The notes below the pieces were generated by a model that did not search any database, had not been told where the DNA came from, and saw only the letters and a program-made list of their open reading frames with translations. Shown here one piece after another: positions 1 to 10,592 of a DNA stretch of 64,000 bases. The DNA is from an uncultured delta proteobacterium (GTDB taxonomy: Bacteria; Desulfobacterota; Syntrophobacteria; BM002), in the NCBI GenBank assembly GCA_963712115.1, contig CAVQGX010000032.1, positions 96,001 to 160,000 of the forward strand, in the 5' to 3' direction. The first letter of the stretch is position 1; each line of letters begins with the position of its first letter. The position numbers were made by a program, and so were the translations under genes.

Positions 1-1
1 C

Positions 2-148
2 CTGAGATTTCATCGTAAATCCCGGGATGAATGTCGTTTTCTTCTCTTAGACCTTGTCCGACATCATTTAGAGAAAGATCTCAAGTCTCTGAGGCTTCTC
101 CATCAGATAGGTGCATTAGAATCAACCAACAATTCTGCCAATCCCTAG
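2..148 (+). CDS. recO: DNA repair protein RecO, C-terminal end (partial, runs off the left edge)
   Basis: Frame 2 is open from the edge to TAG at 146-148: LRFHRKSRDECRFLLLDLVRHHLEKDLKSLRLL. The H-L-x-K-x-L-K-S-L ending resembles RecO, and recO-glyQ-glyS is a known gene order. Confidence 0.65.
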   Translation: MRFHRKSRDECRFLLLDLVRHHLEKDLKSLRLLHQIGALESTNNSANP

Positions 149-259
149 CCTGCCAACATACAAGGCGGTTTACCCTTGGTGTGCAAAGAAAGCGGCCTTG
201 CTGATCTCTCTTCTGTCGTTCCCTCCGGGGCGTAGGCCCCTATGGGCCGGAGGCCAGGG

Positions 260-546
260 CTCATCCGTCTGCGGCGGAGTCACTTCTTGCCCGTCTGCAG
301 CCGGGAAAGTGGCACAGACCTTCCGCAGTCACTCAGAAGAGACATCAGCAAAGGCCAAAAGGGGAAGCTGCCAAACAACGAGCATCTGAGCAACCTTTCT
401 TTACGAATCTCAGCCTCGATGGGGCCTGCATGAAGATGTGGTGCTTCCTAAACAGGTACTCTGCCAATAAATGGCGCGAATATGATCGTTGTGGAGTAGC
501 TTCCCCGTGGCCCAAGTCACAGGACTATTTTGGGGGAAACTCCTGT
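260..546 (+). repeat. Dispersed structured element, copy 1 (copy 2 at 26950-27264, minus strand)
   Basis: High identity by eye to the reverse complement of 26950-27264; internal helices 361-371/496-506 and 375-381/486-492. Confidence 0.85.
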
Positions 547-557
547 GGACAATAGGC

Positions 558-586
558 TTGACAGACAACCGGCAGCAAGGTAATTT
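558..586 (+). promoter_or_regulatory. sigma70-type promoter for glyQS
   Basis: TTGACA-17 nt-TAATTT, ending 44 nt before the glyQ ATG; RBS AAGGAG. Confidence 0.6.
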
Positions 587-630
587 AGCCACTTGACCTA
601 TATCCCCATCTTCTCTTTAAGGAGTCTCCC

Positions 631-1512
631 ATGACATTTCAGGAATTGATTTTAGCTATTGAGAAATATTGGCACGATTACGGTTGTATCATTCAACAGC
701 CTTATGATATCGAAGTAGGCGCCGGCACTTTCAACCCGGCCACCTTGCTCAGATGTCTTGGTCCCGAACCTTACAATGTCGCCTACGTAGAACCCTCTCG
801 CCGGCCCACTGACGGACGTTACGGCGAAAATCCCAACCGCCTCCAGCACTACTACCAGTATCAGGTAATACTCAAGCCATCTCCCATGGATCTACAGGAA
901 CTGTACCTGGAAAGTCTGAGGACCTTCGGCATCGATCCATTGGACCATGATATTCGCTTTGTGGAGGACGATTGGGAATCACCCACCCTCGGCGCCTCAG
1001 GACTTGGTTGGGAGGTCTGGCTGGACGGCATGGAAATCACCCAGTTCACTTACTTCCAGCATGCCGGAGGTATGCCACTGGATCCCATCTCTGGAGAACT
1101 CACTTATGGCATCGAACGGATCGCCATGTACCTCCAGGGAGTGGACAACATCTTTGACCTGAAATGGAACGATGAGATCACTTATGGAGATGTCCATCAT
1201 AAATGGGAAGTGGAGTTTTCCTACTATAATTTCGACGAAGCAGATGTGGACATGCTTTTTAAGCTCTTCAACATGTATGAGGCCGAGTCCATCCGAATGA
1301 GTGAGCGTAAATTGGTACTGCCAACCTATGACTATTGTCTCAAGTGTTCACATACATTCAACTTGTTGGATGCCCGTGGAGCCATCAGTGTGGCCGAGCG
1401 CACCAACTACATAGGTAGAGTGCGAAATTTAGCTCGACTTGCAGCGAAGGGTTACCTGGAGCAGCGTGAGGAGATGGGTTATCCCTTGTTGAACCGCTGG
1501 AAAAACAAATAA
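631..1512 (+). CDS. glyQ: Glycine--tRNA ligase alpha subunit
   Basis: [34 protein letters not shown] and [14 protein letters not shown] motifs. Confidence 0.98.
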   Translation: MTFQELILAIEKYWHDYGCIIQQPYDIEVGAGTFNPATLLRCLGPEPYNVAYVEPSRRPTDGRYGENPNRLQHYYQYQVILKPSPMDLQELYLESLRTFGIDPLDHDIRFVEDDWESPTLGASGLGWEVWLDGMEITQFTYFQHAGGMPLDPISGELTYGIERIAMYLQGVDNIFDLKWNDEITYGDVHHKWEVEFSYYNFDEADVDMLFKLFNMYEAESIRMSERKLVLPTYDYCLKCSHTFNLLDARGAISVAERTNYIGRVRNLARLAAKGYLEQREEMGYPLLNRWKNK

Positions 1513-1575
1513 AAGAGAATTACAGATACAGTTTCTCCTATTCACTGAGGTTGAAACGAAATCGAGGGAGACTTT

Positions 1576-3642
1576 ATGGCTAGTGACTTTTTCTTAGAGA
1601 TCGGAACCGAGGAAATTCCAGCCAGTTACATCCAACCAGCTCTGGATGCCATGGCTACCATGATCAGCAAATTCCTGTCGGCTAGGCGGATTGACCACGG
1701 AACCATCCGGACCATGGCTACCCCAAGACGCTTGGTCTGGGTGATCAAAGATGTGGCCGAAAAACAAGAAGCCCAAACTGTTGAAATCACTGGCCCGCCT
1801 AAGGATGTCGCCTTTGACGAGGCAGGCAATCCCACCCAGGCCGCTGTCGGATTTGCTAAATCCCAGGGGGTGAGGCCGGAAGAACTTCAGGTGAAGCAAA
1901 CCAGTAGGGGTGAGTATGTGATAGTTAGCCGCCACGAGGCTGGAGCCTCCACCGCTGAACTCTTGAGTGGAGTTCTTACAGATCTGATCGGAAATATTCC
2001 CTTTCCCAAGTCTATGCGCTGGGGTGACTTGAAAGTCACCTTTGCCCGACCAATACACTGGATAGTTGCCCTATTGGGCCAAGAGGTGGTCCCCTTCACT
2101 TATGGCAACGTCACAAGCGGCAGCACCTCTTACGGACACCGCTTCATGAGCCCCGGCCCATTCGAGGTTACTGAGATTAAAGGCTATATGGATGGACTGC
2201 GCGAACGGTTTGTAATCGTAGACATCGAGGAGCGGAGGGAACGAATACAACAGATTGTTGCTGCCTGCGCCAAGGAAAAGGACGGCCATATCCGTGAGGA
2301 CGAAGATCTTTTGGCTGAGGTGGTTCAGTTGGCGGAATACCCCACTGCAGTGTGTGGCAGGATCGACCAGCACTACCTCGAGCTACCGCAGGAAGTTCTG
2401 ATTACTGCCATGCGAGCACACCAGAGGTACTTTGCAGTGCTGGACGATGCAGGTAAATTGATGCCCTATTTTGTCACGGTCAACAACACCTTGACCCGCG
2501 ACCCTCAAGTTGTAGCCTTGGGAAACGAACGAGTGCTCCGTGCCCGTCTTGAGGATGCCCGCTTCTATTACGTGGAGGATCAGAAGGTCTCCCTTGATGA
2601 CAGAGTTGAGGAGCTAAAGGAAGTAGTCTTTCACTCCAAGCTCGGGACATCTTACGAAAAGCTGGAGAGATTTAAAGCACTGGCTGAGTATATGGCTGAT
2701 CAGTTGGCACCGGACGACAAGGCCACAGTTAGCAGGGCTGCCTATTTGTGCAAGGCCGACCTGGTGACCGGTACTGTGGGTGAATTCCCTGAGTTGCAAG
2801 GAATCATGGGCCGGGCCTATGCTAAACTTGCCAAGGAAAACGAGGCAGTGGCAGAAGCCATTTACGAGCATTACTTGCCAACCCATGCGGGTGGCCAACT
2901 GCCAACCGGTATGGCTGGCTCCCTTGTGAGCATGGCTGACAAGTTGGACACTGTTGTTGGCTGTTTCGGTGTTGGTCAGATTCCGACTGGAACTGCTGAT
3001 CCCTTCGCTTTACGTCGCCAAGCCTTGGGAATTATTCGCATCATACTGGAAAAAGACCTCTCCATCTCTCTCTCTGACCTCATAAGCAGAGCCATTGACG
3101 GTTTGGACGGAAAGCTCACCGAGCCTGTTAAGCAGACCCATCAAGCCGTGCTTGAATTCTTCAAAAGGAGGTTGCAGCACTTCCTCATCGGCCAGGGACG
3201 CCCGCAAAATGTTGTGGACGCGGTACTTGCCCATCATCTCGATCCCCTGGTCGAGACCGTGGCAAAAATGAGGACATTGGAGACCTTCAAAGAACGAGAG
3301 GGCTTTGAACCCTTGCTGGGGACAGTCAAAAGAGTGGTCAACATCTTGAAGGAACCTGTTGATATGTCAGTAGATCCGCAGAGGTTCGTGAACCAAGCTG
3401 AGAAGGACTTGTACGAGAACCTGATTGCCTGTGAACAGGACCTAGAAAAGCCTCTGGCCTCTAGGGACTACGATGCTGTGTTGAACCGACTGAGTCAACT
3501 AAAAGCTCCAATAGATGGTTTCTTTGATGAGGTGTTGGTTCTGGACCAAGACTTGGCCTTGAGGCAGAACAGACTGGCTTTGCTCACTCGAATAGCAAAC
3601 CTTTTTCAACAAATGGCGGACTTCTCACGCATGGTCCTTTGA
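1576..3642 (+). CDS. glyS: Glycine--tRNA ligase beta subunit
   Basis: LEIGTEEIP, TPRRL, FPKSMRWG, EFPELQGIMG and DPFALRR motifs; follows glyQ. Confidence 0.97.
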   Translation: MASDFFLEIGTEEIPASYIQPALDAMATMISKFLSARRIDHGTIRTMATPRRLVWVIKDVAEKQEAQTVEITGPPKDVAFDEAGNPTQAAVGFAKSQGVRPEELQVKQTSRGEYVIVSRHEAGASTAELLSGVLTDLIGNIPFPKSMRWGDLKVTFARPIHWIVALLGQEVVPFTYGNVTSGSTSYGHRFMSPGPFEVTEIKGYMDGLRERFVIVDIEERRERIQQIVAACAKEKDGHIREDEDLLAEVVQLAEYPTAVCGRIDQHYLELPQEVLITAMRAHQRYFAVLDDAGKLMPYFVTVNNTLTRDPQVVALGNERVLRARLEDARFYYVEDQKVSLDDRVEELKEVVFHSKLGTSYEKLERFKALAEYMADQLAPDDKATVSRAAYLCKADLVTGTVGEFPELQGIMGRAYAKLAKENEAVAEAIYEHYLPTHAGGQLPTGMAGSLVSMADKLDTVVGCFGVGQIPTGTADPFALRRQALGIIRIILEKDLSISLSDLISRAIDGLDGKLTEPVKQTHQAVLEFFKRRLQHFLIGQGRPQNVVDAVLAHHLDPLVETVAKMRTLETFKEREGFEPLLGTVKRVVNILKEPVDMSVDPQRFVNQAEKDLYENLIACEQDLEKPLASRDYDAVLNRLSQLKAPIDGFFDEVLVLDQDLALRQNRLALLTRIANLFQQMADFSRMVL

Positions 3643-3728
3643 ACCTTGTATAGACAAACCTTTGGAGCTGGAAAGTTATTTTGTTCAGCCGAGGTATTTG
3701 TACCGGTTTTACCCTCACCTTTCCGCTG

Positions 3729-4040
3729 TCATTGGCCATGAAGCAGGAACAAGAAAATCAGTAGTTTTTCCATCTTATCTATGGTTAACCATCGAGAGTT
3801 ACCCGGCAGGCCATAGCAGCTGCAGTCGCTCACCACCTGCATTAGCCAATACCACCCATAGGTAACAACTTTGCCATGCTCTGGGTAGCCGTCATTGGCT
3901 GATGACAGGGAAAGTCCAATTTCTGATTCCCTCCACTCCAGAGGCCCGTAGTCGAGCAAGTTTCCGGCCGGCCCCATTTTATTTATGGAGAAACTCCAGA
4001 ATAAGAATCCCTTTACAAGGTTCTGCCTTTTTGTTAGCAT
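3729..4040 (-). pseudogene. Possible decayed MauE/DoxX-like membrane protein
   Basis: G-x-LF...NKM, EIGLSL and DCSCYG (cf. DCGCFG) appear in the expected order, but the hydrophobic segments are eroded. Confidence 0.25.
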
Positions 4041-4055
4041 TCGTTGATTTTTGAA

Positions 4056-4228
4056 CCCGCATTATTAACCAAATGGTGTGACGAGACCGTGAAGCTGGCC
4101 TTGCCACCGGGCAATCACGGGGCTTTTACCCGAAGCTTACTCGAATAGTACATCGTAGGGTGCAAGGCCAGAGGACGGAAGGACGGACATATCCGCGGTC
4201 GCAGTAGGCGATTGCTGATTAATGCGGG
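4056..4228 (+). mobile_element. MITE family A, divergent copy
   Basis: Ends CCCGCATTA...TAATGCGGG; internal blocks GAGACCGTGAAG, TGCCACCGGGCAA, GAGGACGGAAGGACGGACATATCCGCGGTCGCAGTA shared with the other copies. Confidence 0.7.
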
Positions 4229-4321
4229 TTGGAAGAGCTGGCCAATCCACCATGAAACCTAAAAACAGCCCACACCGGACAATCCGTTCGCACTCGGACC
4301 TGTCCTTTTTTCAACAGCCCC

Positions 4322-7300
4322 ATGCACATTAAACAGCTTGAACTCTTCGGATTTAAGTCTTTCGTCGACAAAGCCACCGTCACCTTCTCCACCGGGATTT
4401 GTGCGGTAGTAGGACCCAATGGTTGTGGCAAAAGCAACATTGTCGACGCTATTCGCTGGGTTTTAGGAGAACAAAGCGCCAAACAGCTCCGTGGCAAACT
4501 CATGGAGGAGGTCATCTTCGGCGGAGCAAATGGGCGCCCGTCACTGAATTTTACTGAAGTGTCACTTGTTCTCTCCAATGAGGACGGCAAGGCGCCCCCA
4601 CCTTACCACGAACACACCGAGATCATGGTTACCCGTCGCCTTTTTCGTTCAGGAGAAAGCGAATATCTCATAAACAAAATACCTTGCCGCAGAATGGACA
4701 TTAGTAGACTGTTCATGGATGTGGGTGTTGGGCATCGTCACTACGCAATTATCGAACAAGGAAAGATTAGTACAGTAGTAGAGTCCAAGCCAGAAGACAT
4801 TCGCGCTCTTATTGAGGAAGCTGCAGGGATCACCAAGTTTAAAATAAAGAAGAAAGCCGCTCTCCGGAAAATTGAGCTTACTAGGCAAAACCTTCTCCGC
4901 CTTGGTGACATCATCGCCGAAGTTTCACGCCATCTTTCGAGCCTTAAACGTCAGGCCCAGAGGGCAAACCGTTACCGAACCCTTAAAAAAGAAATAAAAC
5001 AAATTGAAATCACCCGAGCCCTGCATCGCTATGGACAATACAACCAGGACTTAAAGCGTCTGGAGCAAGATCTCAGCTCCTTCAACGACCGGCAAGCTGA
5101 GCGGGCGGCTAAATTGGGGAGGTTGGACGCTGAACTGACAGACCGTTCCACCCAGATGCACGAAATAGGTGAAAATTTAAGGCAACGAAGAGAAGCACTG
5201 TTTCAGATCAAGAACTCGATCGGCAGCGACGAAAACAGCCTCCTCCACTTACAACGGCAAAGCCAAGAACTGAAGGAGAGACAACAGCGGTTGACCAAGG
5301 AGATCGAACAGCAGGAGGATCGCCGCAAGCACCTGGCTGAGGAAAGAGATCGACTCACTGAAAAACAGCGTGATTTGGCAGAGGAATGTTCTAAGGCAGA
5401 AGTTCTAGCCCATAAGCTAGAGGAGGAACTAAACCGAGAGAAGTCGCGTTTGAATCAGTTGACAGATGAGCTGGATCTTGGAAAAGGTGAACTTGTTGAT
5501 CTGCTAGGCGAGATGGCCCAGGTGCGCAATGCCCAAATGTCAATGCGCAAGCATCTCGAGGATCTTGATCGCCGTCAAAGCCGGCGCAAATCTGAATACC
5601 AGGAACTCAAGGAAAAGCATGACCGGTTGCAGCCACTGAGGGAAAGCCTTGAAAGCAAAAAGACAGCCATGGAGAGAAAACTTGATGCGCTTTCTGCTCA
5701 AGCTGACTCACTCAATAAGAAAAAGCAAGAACTTGATCAAGTCCGAGATGAATGCACCGAAGTTATAAATAGTCTGGAAAGCACCTACCACCAGCAACAC
5801 TCCCAACTGCAAGTTCTAGTGGAGATGGAGAGTTCCTATGCCTGGTTTAGTGATGCAGTTAGGGAACTGATGAACGCCCGTGATGAGGATGAGCTCAAGT
5901 GTAACATCAGGGGAGCAGTAGCAGAAATGCTGGAAGTAGATGCGAGCCATCGACAAGCGGTTGAGGCGGTTCTCGGCGGCCGTTTGCAGGCTTTGGTAGT
6001 GGATTCAGTCGGAGATGCTTGTGCTGCTTTGGAACACCTGAAGCGTACTGGCGCAGGCCGGAATCACTTCATTCCCCTATCGGTCACCAATCAAAATCCA
6101 AAGCATGGACCTAGCGGAGACGGTCCGGTACCGCTTGCCGGTTTAGTAAGGCCAAGGCCGGGATACGAGCAAGTCGTCAACCACCTGCTGTCCAAGGTCA
6201 TGTTCTGCGACGATCTAAAGCAGGCCCTATCCTGGTGGCAGTCCCATCCCAATGCTTTTGCCCTAGTAACCCCCGAAGGCGATTTGGTAGCCCAGGATGG
6301 AACCCTATGGGGGGGGAGCCCGGAGCAGCAAATAAGTATCTTGGAAAAACAAGAACAGAGAAAGGACCTTGAGGAAAAGGTTTCTAAGTCAGAGAGCAGA
6401 TTAAGCACGGAACGGTCCAAGTTCCGGGAGATAGAGGATCAACTTGCCCAGACAGCTTCTGAGCTCCAGTCAATTCAAGAGGACAAGCAGAAAGGTCGTG
6501 ATCAGATTCTTGAACAAGAAAAGGAACATTACCGTTTAGAGACAGAGGAACAGAGAATTACTGAGCGGCTTGCCATGCTGGACATGGAGAAAGACCACGA
6601 AGAAGAGGAGGTTTCTCATTTGCATGTCGAACTCAGCCAAAGCGAGCAGGAACTTGAGTCTTTAGAAAAAAGGCGACAAGAATTGGACGAAGACCTGGCA
6701 GAGACAAGACATGAACGACAAGAACTGGAAGGCACAGTGGACAATCTCCAAGAAAAGGCCACGGCTCAGCAGGTCTCAGTGGGGGCATTGACTGAGAAGC
6801 AAGAGGCAGCCCGCTCAAGTTACAAGCAGTTGGAAGAGTACTACGCTGAAACCCAACGGCGACTCGAACAACTTCGAGAGGAAAGGAAAAACTGCCAGCA
6901 GCAGATAGAACTGCTTTCGGAAGAAAGGGTTCAAATCCAAGAGCGCTTAGAGCTAGCGCAGAAGCAATTGTCGGAGCGAGAAGAAAGTCTAAGGGCTGAA
7001 GAGGATGAGTGGCGAAAATTTGAAGACCATCAGCACGGTCTTGAATCGCACAGACTCCAATTGATTAAAGAGGACAGAGAAAAGGAGCAAGGGATTCAGA
7101 ATCTGCGCCAAGAAATCACTGAACTCAAACTGAAGATTCAGTATCTCGTCCACCAGATTCAAGAGCATTACCATATGGATATCACCGCTGAACCCCCGCC
7201 CGACTTAGAAGAACCAGTGGATCTTGAAAAATTGGAATCGAAACTGCAGCGGCTCCGCGATCGGGTGGCACGGATTGGCGAGGTGAACTTGACAGCTATC

Positions 7301-7900
7301 GAAGAATACGAAGAACAGCACCAGCGCCACCAATTTCTCACCGGCCAGAGGGATGACCTGGTTCAGTCATTAGAGGGGTTGAATAAGGCCATATCACGCA
7401 TCAACCGAACCACCCGCAACCGCTTTCTAAAAACACTCGAAGCGGTAAATCGCAAGCTCGCTGAGGTTTTTCCTCTGCTTTTCAATGGAGGCACCGGCCA
7501 TTTGCAGTTGTCCTCCGACCGAGATCCCTTGGAGGCTGGCGTGGAAATCTTCGTACATCCTCCCGGCAAAAAGTTGACCAGCATGAGCCTGCTTTCCGGC
7601 GGAGAGAAGGCTCTGGCTGCAGGAGCACTCCTTTTTTCCCTATATATGATCAAACCCAGTCCTTTTTGTATTCTAGATGAGGTAGACGCCCCCCTGGATG
7701 ACGCCAACATAGACCGCTTCATCGAGGTGCTAAAAAAGATTAGCCAAGAGTCGCAAATTATCTTGGTTACGCACAACAAGAGAACTATGGAGATCTCAGA
7801 TATCCTTCTCGGTGTTACCATGGAAGAGCCCGGCATCTCCAAAATAATATCAGTCGATTTTCAAGGAATACCTGAAAGTTATGGCCAGATGGTTCAGTAG
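4322..7900 (+). CDS. smc: Chromosome partition protein Smc
   Basis: Walker A GPNGCGKSN, long coiled coils, hinge, LSGGEK signature and ILDEVDAPLD; 1192 aa. Confidence 0.97.
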   Translation: MHIKQLELFGFKSFVDKATVTFSTGICAVVGPNGCGKSNIVDAIRWVLGEQSAKQLRGKLMEEVIFGGANGRPSLNFTEVSLVLSNEDGKAPPPYHEHTEIMVTRRLFRSGESEYLINKIPCRRMDISRLFMDVGVGHRHYAIIEQGKISTVVESKPEDIRALIEEAAGITKFKIKKKAALRKIELTRQNLLRLGDIIAEVSRHLSSLKRQAQRANRYRTLKKEIKQIEITRALHRYGQYNQDLKRLEQDLSSFNDRQAERAAKLGRLDAELTDRSTQMHEIGENLRQRREALFQIKNSIGSDENSLLHLQRQSQELKERQQRLTKEIEQQEDRRKHLAEERDRLTEKQRDLAEECSKAEVLAHKLEEELNREKSRLNQLTDELDLGKGELVDLLGEMAQVRNAQMSMRKHLEDLDRRQSRRKSEYQELKEKHDRLQPLRESLESKKTAMERKLDALSAQADSLNKKKQELDQVRDECTEVINSLESTYHQQHSQLQVLVEMESSYAWFSDAVRELMNARDEDELKCNIRGAVAEMLEVDASHRQAVEAVLGGRLQALVVDSVGDACAALEHLKRTGAGRNHFIPLSVTNQNPKHGPSGDGPVPLAGLVRPRPGYEQVVNHLLSKVMFCDDLKQALSWWQSHPNAFALVTPEGDLVAQDGTLWGGSPEQQISILEKQEQRKDLEEKVSKSESRLSTERSKFREIEDQLAQTASELQSIQEDKQKGRDQILEQEKEHYRLETEEQRITERLAMLDMEKDHEEEEVSHLHVELSQSEQELESLEKRRQELDEDLAETRHERQELEGTVDNLQEKATAQQVSVGALTEKQEAARSSYKQLEEYYAETQRRLEQLREERKNCQQQIELLSEERVQIQERLELAQKQLSEREESLRAEEDEWRKFEDHQHGLESHRLQLIKEDREKEQGIQNLRQEITELKLKIQYLVHQIQEHYHMDITAEPPPDLEEPVDLEKLESKLQRLRDRVARIGEVNLTAIEEYEEQHQRHQFLTGQRDDLVQSLEGLNKAISRINRTTRNRFLKTLEAVNRKLAEVFPLLFNGGTGHLQLSSDRDPLEAGVEIFVHPPGKKLTSMSLLSGGEKALAAGALLFSLYMIKPSPFCILDEVDAPLDDANIDRFIEVLKKISQESQIILVTHNKRTMEISDILLGVTMEEPGISKIISVDFQGIPESYGQMVQ

Positions 7901-8939
7901 AAAGTCTAAAGACGACACACCTGAGAGTGGTAGCGAGAATGAAGCTGAGACCCAAAAGACGGTTTTGTCCTCAGCCAAAACCGCAGATTTACCACCTCAC
8001 AAGTCTTCAGAGGCAGACCCTGAGAAACCTTCAGGGTTTTTTACTTATATGCGTTCCCGTCTGCGGAAAACGCGACAGGCTTTCATCGGGCAACTCGACC
8101 GTATCCTTCTCGGCAAAAAGGAAATTGACCAAGATGTACTGGAGGAATTGGAAGAGGTGTTGATTACCTCGGATCTCGGGGTTGAAACCACCCAAAGACT
8201 GATTGCCTCTTTGGAAGAGAAACTGCATAAGAATGAGCTCACCGATACTGATCGCTTGCTTAGTCACCTGAAAGAGGAAATCCGTCGCTTTTTGAAGGTT
8301 GAGGCACCCCCCCTGGACGTTAAAGTCCACAAGCCTTTCGTGGTCATGGCCGTTGGTGTGAATGGTGTCGGCAAAACAACAACCCTCGCCAAACTAGCCG
8401 CTCACTTCCAGGAGGCAGGCTTGCGGGTGATGCTGGTTGCAGCCGATACCTTTAGGGCTGCGGCAATAGAACAGCTTATGCGCTGGGCCGAACGGGTGGG
8501 TGCGGATTTGATCAAACAGAGCAGTGGTGCTGACCCCGCTGCAGTAGTTTACGATGCCATAACTGCGGCTCAGGCCCGTGGTGTGGACGTGGTGTTGATA
8601 GATACGGCGGGCCGTCTTCACACCAAAGTGAATCTCATGGAGGAACTCAAAAAGGTTAAGCGGGTCATTACCAGACTAATGGACACTGCGCCCCATGAGG
8701 TTTTATTGATTCTTGACGCCACAACAGGACAGAATGCAATCTCCCAAACACGTCTATTCCAACAGGAACTGGGAGTCTCAGGGCTGGTTCTCACCAAATT
8801 GGACGGCACTGCCAAGGGTGGCATCGTTGTGGGAGTTTGTCAGGAATTTCAAATTCCTATTCGTTTTATCGGCCTGGGTGAGGGATTGGCTGACCTCAAG
8901 GAATTCGACTCCGAACAGTTCGTAGAAGCTCTTTTCTGA
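7881..8939 (+). CDS. ftsY: Signal recognition particle receptor FtsY
   Basis: GVNGVGKTTT, DTFRAAA, DTAGR and TKLDGTAKGG motifs. Confidence 0.97.
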   Translation: MARWFSRKSKDDTPESGSENEAETQKTVLSSAKTADLPPHKSSEADPEKPSGFFTYMRSRLRKTRQAFIGQLDRILLGKKEIDQDVLEELEEVLITSDLGVETTQRLIASLEEKLHKNELTDTDRLLSHLKEEIRRFLKVEAPPLDVKVHKPFVVMAVGVNGVGKTTTLAKLAAHFQEAGLRVMLVAADTFRAAAIEQLMRWAERVGADLIKQSSGADPAAVVYDAITAAQARGVDVVLIDTAGRLHTKVNLMEELKKVKRVITRLMDTAPHEVLLILDATTGQNAISQTRLFQQELGVSGLVLTKLDGTAKGGIVVGVCQEFQIPIRFIGLGEGLADLKEFDSEQFVEALF

Positions 8940-9011
8940 CCCGGTTCTTCCCTCCAATTTATTCCCCTGATCTGCAGTAGATCTATTTTCCCTTTCTCTG
9001 AAGCCCTTTAG

Positions 9012-9189
9012 CCCGGATGTTTCATGAATTGATGTCGCGAGACCATGAAGATGGGCGTGCCACTGGGTGACCGCAGGGTGTTGGTTCCGAGGCGTACGCG
9101 AGCGGTACGTCGCAGGAGCCGACACCCGAGGACGCCCAGAAGGACGGCCATATCCAGGGTCGCAGTAAGCGATTCATGAAACATCCGGG
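9012..9189 (+). mobile_element. MITE family A, minimal 178-bp copy
   Basis: 18-bp TIR CCCGGATGTTTCATGAAT/ATTCATGAAACATCCGGG flanked by a TTAG direct repeat (9008-9011 and 9190-9193). Confidence 0.88.
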
Positions 9190-9311
9190 TTAGGCCATAC
9201 TTTTTCTTTAAAACCATAGACAAAAAGAATTACCATGGTTAAACTGATATTTCATTTCTTGTTCACAACCATAAAATACACAACAGTAATATTCACTTAC
9301 AGGATAGTTTC

Positions 9312-10592
9312 ATGAAAGACGTTCTAGCCTTTGTTATGGCAGGTGGTAGAGGGGAAAGGCTTATGCCACTCACAGAGGACCGTACTAAGCCTGCGGTTCC
9401 CTTTGGTGGAATTTATCGACTTATAGATTTGCCCTTGAGTAACTGTGTCAATTCGCAAATATACAAGATCATAGTTTTGCCCCAGTACAAGTCCCAGTCC
9501 CTCCACGATCATCTGGAAGACGGTTGGAACATATTCAATCGGAAGCTAGGCCATTTTCTCAAGATCGTCTCCCCCCAGCAGCGGATAGGTCTCGACTGGT
9601 ATCGGGGTACCGCCGACTCCATTCGCCAGAATCGTTATCTCGTTGAGCGCCATGGGTCGAGCCATGTCTTGATTCTTTCAGGTGATCACATTTACAAGAT
9701 GGACTACAGCCAATTTCTCAACTACCACAAAGAAAAGGAGGCCCATATTACCATCTCCCTTCTTGAGGTCGAAGCGGAACTGGCTTATCAGTTCGGCGTG
9801 GCCGAAGTGGATGAAGAATTTCGCATTCTTGGCTTTCAAGAGAAGCCCAAAAAAGACGCCAAAACCATTCCTGGCGATCCCAACCATATCCTCGCCTCTA
9901 TGGGCATTTACATCTTTCAGACCGAGGTTCTCATTGAAATATTAAAATCCGGCAATGAAGACGACTTCGGCCGTGACATAATTCCTAAATTACTGGATTC
10001 TTACCGGATCTATGCCTATCCTTACCGAAAGCAGAATAAGATTGAAGACTATATCTACGTGACCATGGAGGAGGGCGAACGGAGGTTGCAACTAGAGCCA
10101 CATACCCGAGATTCTGCCTATTGGCGTGACGTGGGCAACCTGGATGCCTATTGGAACGCCAACATGGATCTCACCGGAGTGGATCCTTATTTCAATCTTT
10201 ACGGGCAAAAGTGGCCCATTCACACCTATCAGGTTGCAGCGCCGCCCGCTAAGTTTGTATTTGCTACCGAACGGCTCGACGATTTTCGGGTGGGTAAAGC
10301 CCTTGATTCCCTGGTCGCTCCTGGTTGCATTGTTAGTGGCATAGTGCGAAACTCTGTACTGTCTCCCAACGTCATAGTTCGGAGTTGGGCTCAAATTGAC
10401 GAGTCAGTCATCATGAATAGAGTGGTGATAGGGCGACATTGTAAGATCAAAAAAGCGATTATTGATAAAAACAACTTAATCCCAGCCAAAACCACAATCG
10501 GCTACAACCCGAGCGAAGACCGAAAGCGTTTCACCGTGACCCCAAGGGGTATCGTGGTGGTACCGAAAGGGTATTTTAGGGAGGAGGAATGA
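9312..10592 (+). CDS. glgC: Glucose-1-phosphate adenylyltransferase
   Basis: AGGRGERLMPLT, KPAVPFGG, WYRGTAD, LSGDHIYKMDY, FQEKP and YWRDVG motifs. Confidence 0.96.
   Translation: MKDVLAFVMAGGRGERLMPLTEDRTKPAVPFGGIYRLIDLPLSNCVNSQIYKIIVLPQYKSQSLHDHLEDGWNIFNRKLGHFLKIVSPQQRIGLDWYRGTADSIRQNRYLVERHGSSHVLILSGDHIYKMDYSQFLNYHKEKEAHITISLLEVEAELAYQFGVAEVDEEFRILGFQEKPKKDAKTIPGDPNHILASMGIYIFQTEVLIEILKSGNEDDFGRDIIPKLLDSYRIYAYPYRKQNKIEDYIYVTMEEGERRLQLEPHTRDSAYWRDVGNLDAYWNANMDLTGVDPYFNLYGQKWPIHTYQVAAPPAKFVFATERLDDFRVGKALDSLVAPGCIVSGIVRNSVLSPNVIVRSWAQIDESVIMNRVVIGRHCKIKKAIIDKNNLIPAKTTIGYNPSEDRKRFTVTPRGIVVVPKGYFREEE

Noticed and set aside
260-630. T-box riboswitch upstream of glyQS
   Set aside because: No GGTGGnACCGCG T-box or terminator; the structure lies upstream of the promoter, and a second copy precedes rarA.
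9008-9223. Short ORFs ending FMKHPG/FMKYPG (also 31272-31493)
   Set aside because: Read-through of MITE terminal repeats; no transposase domain.
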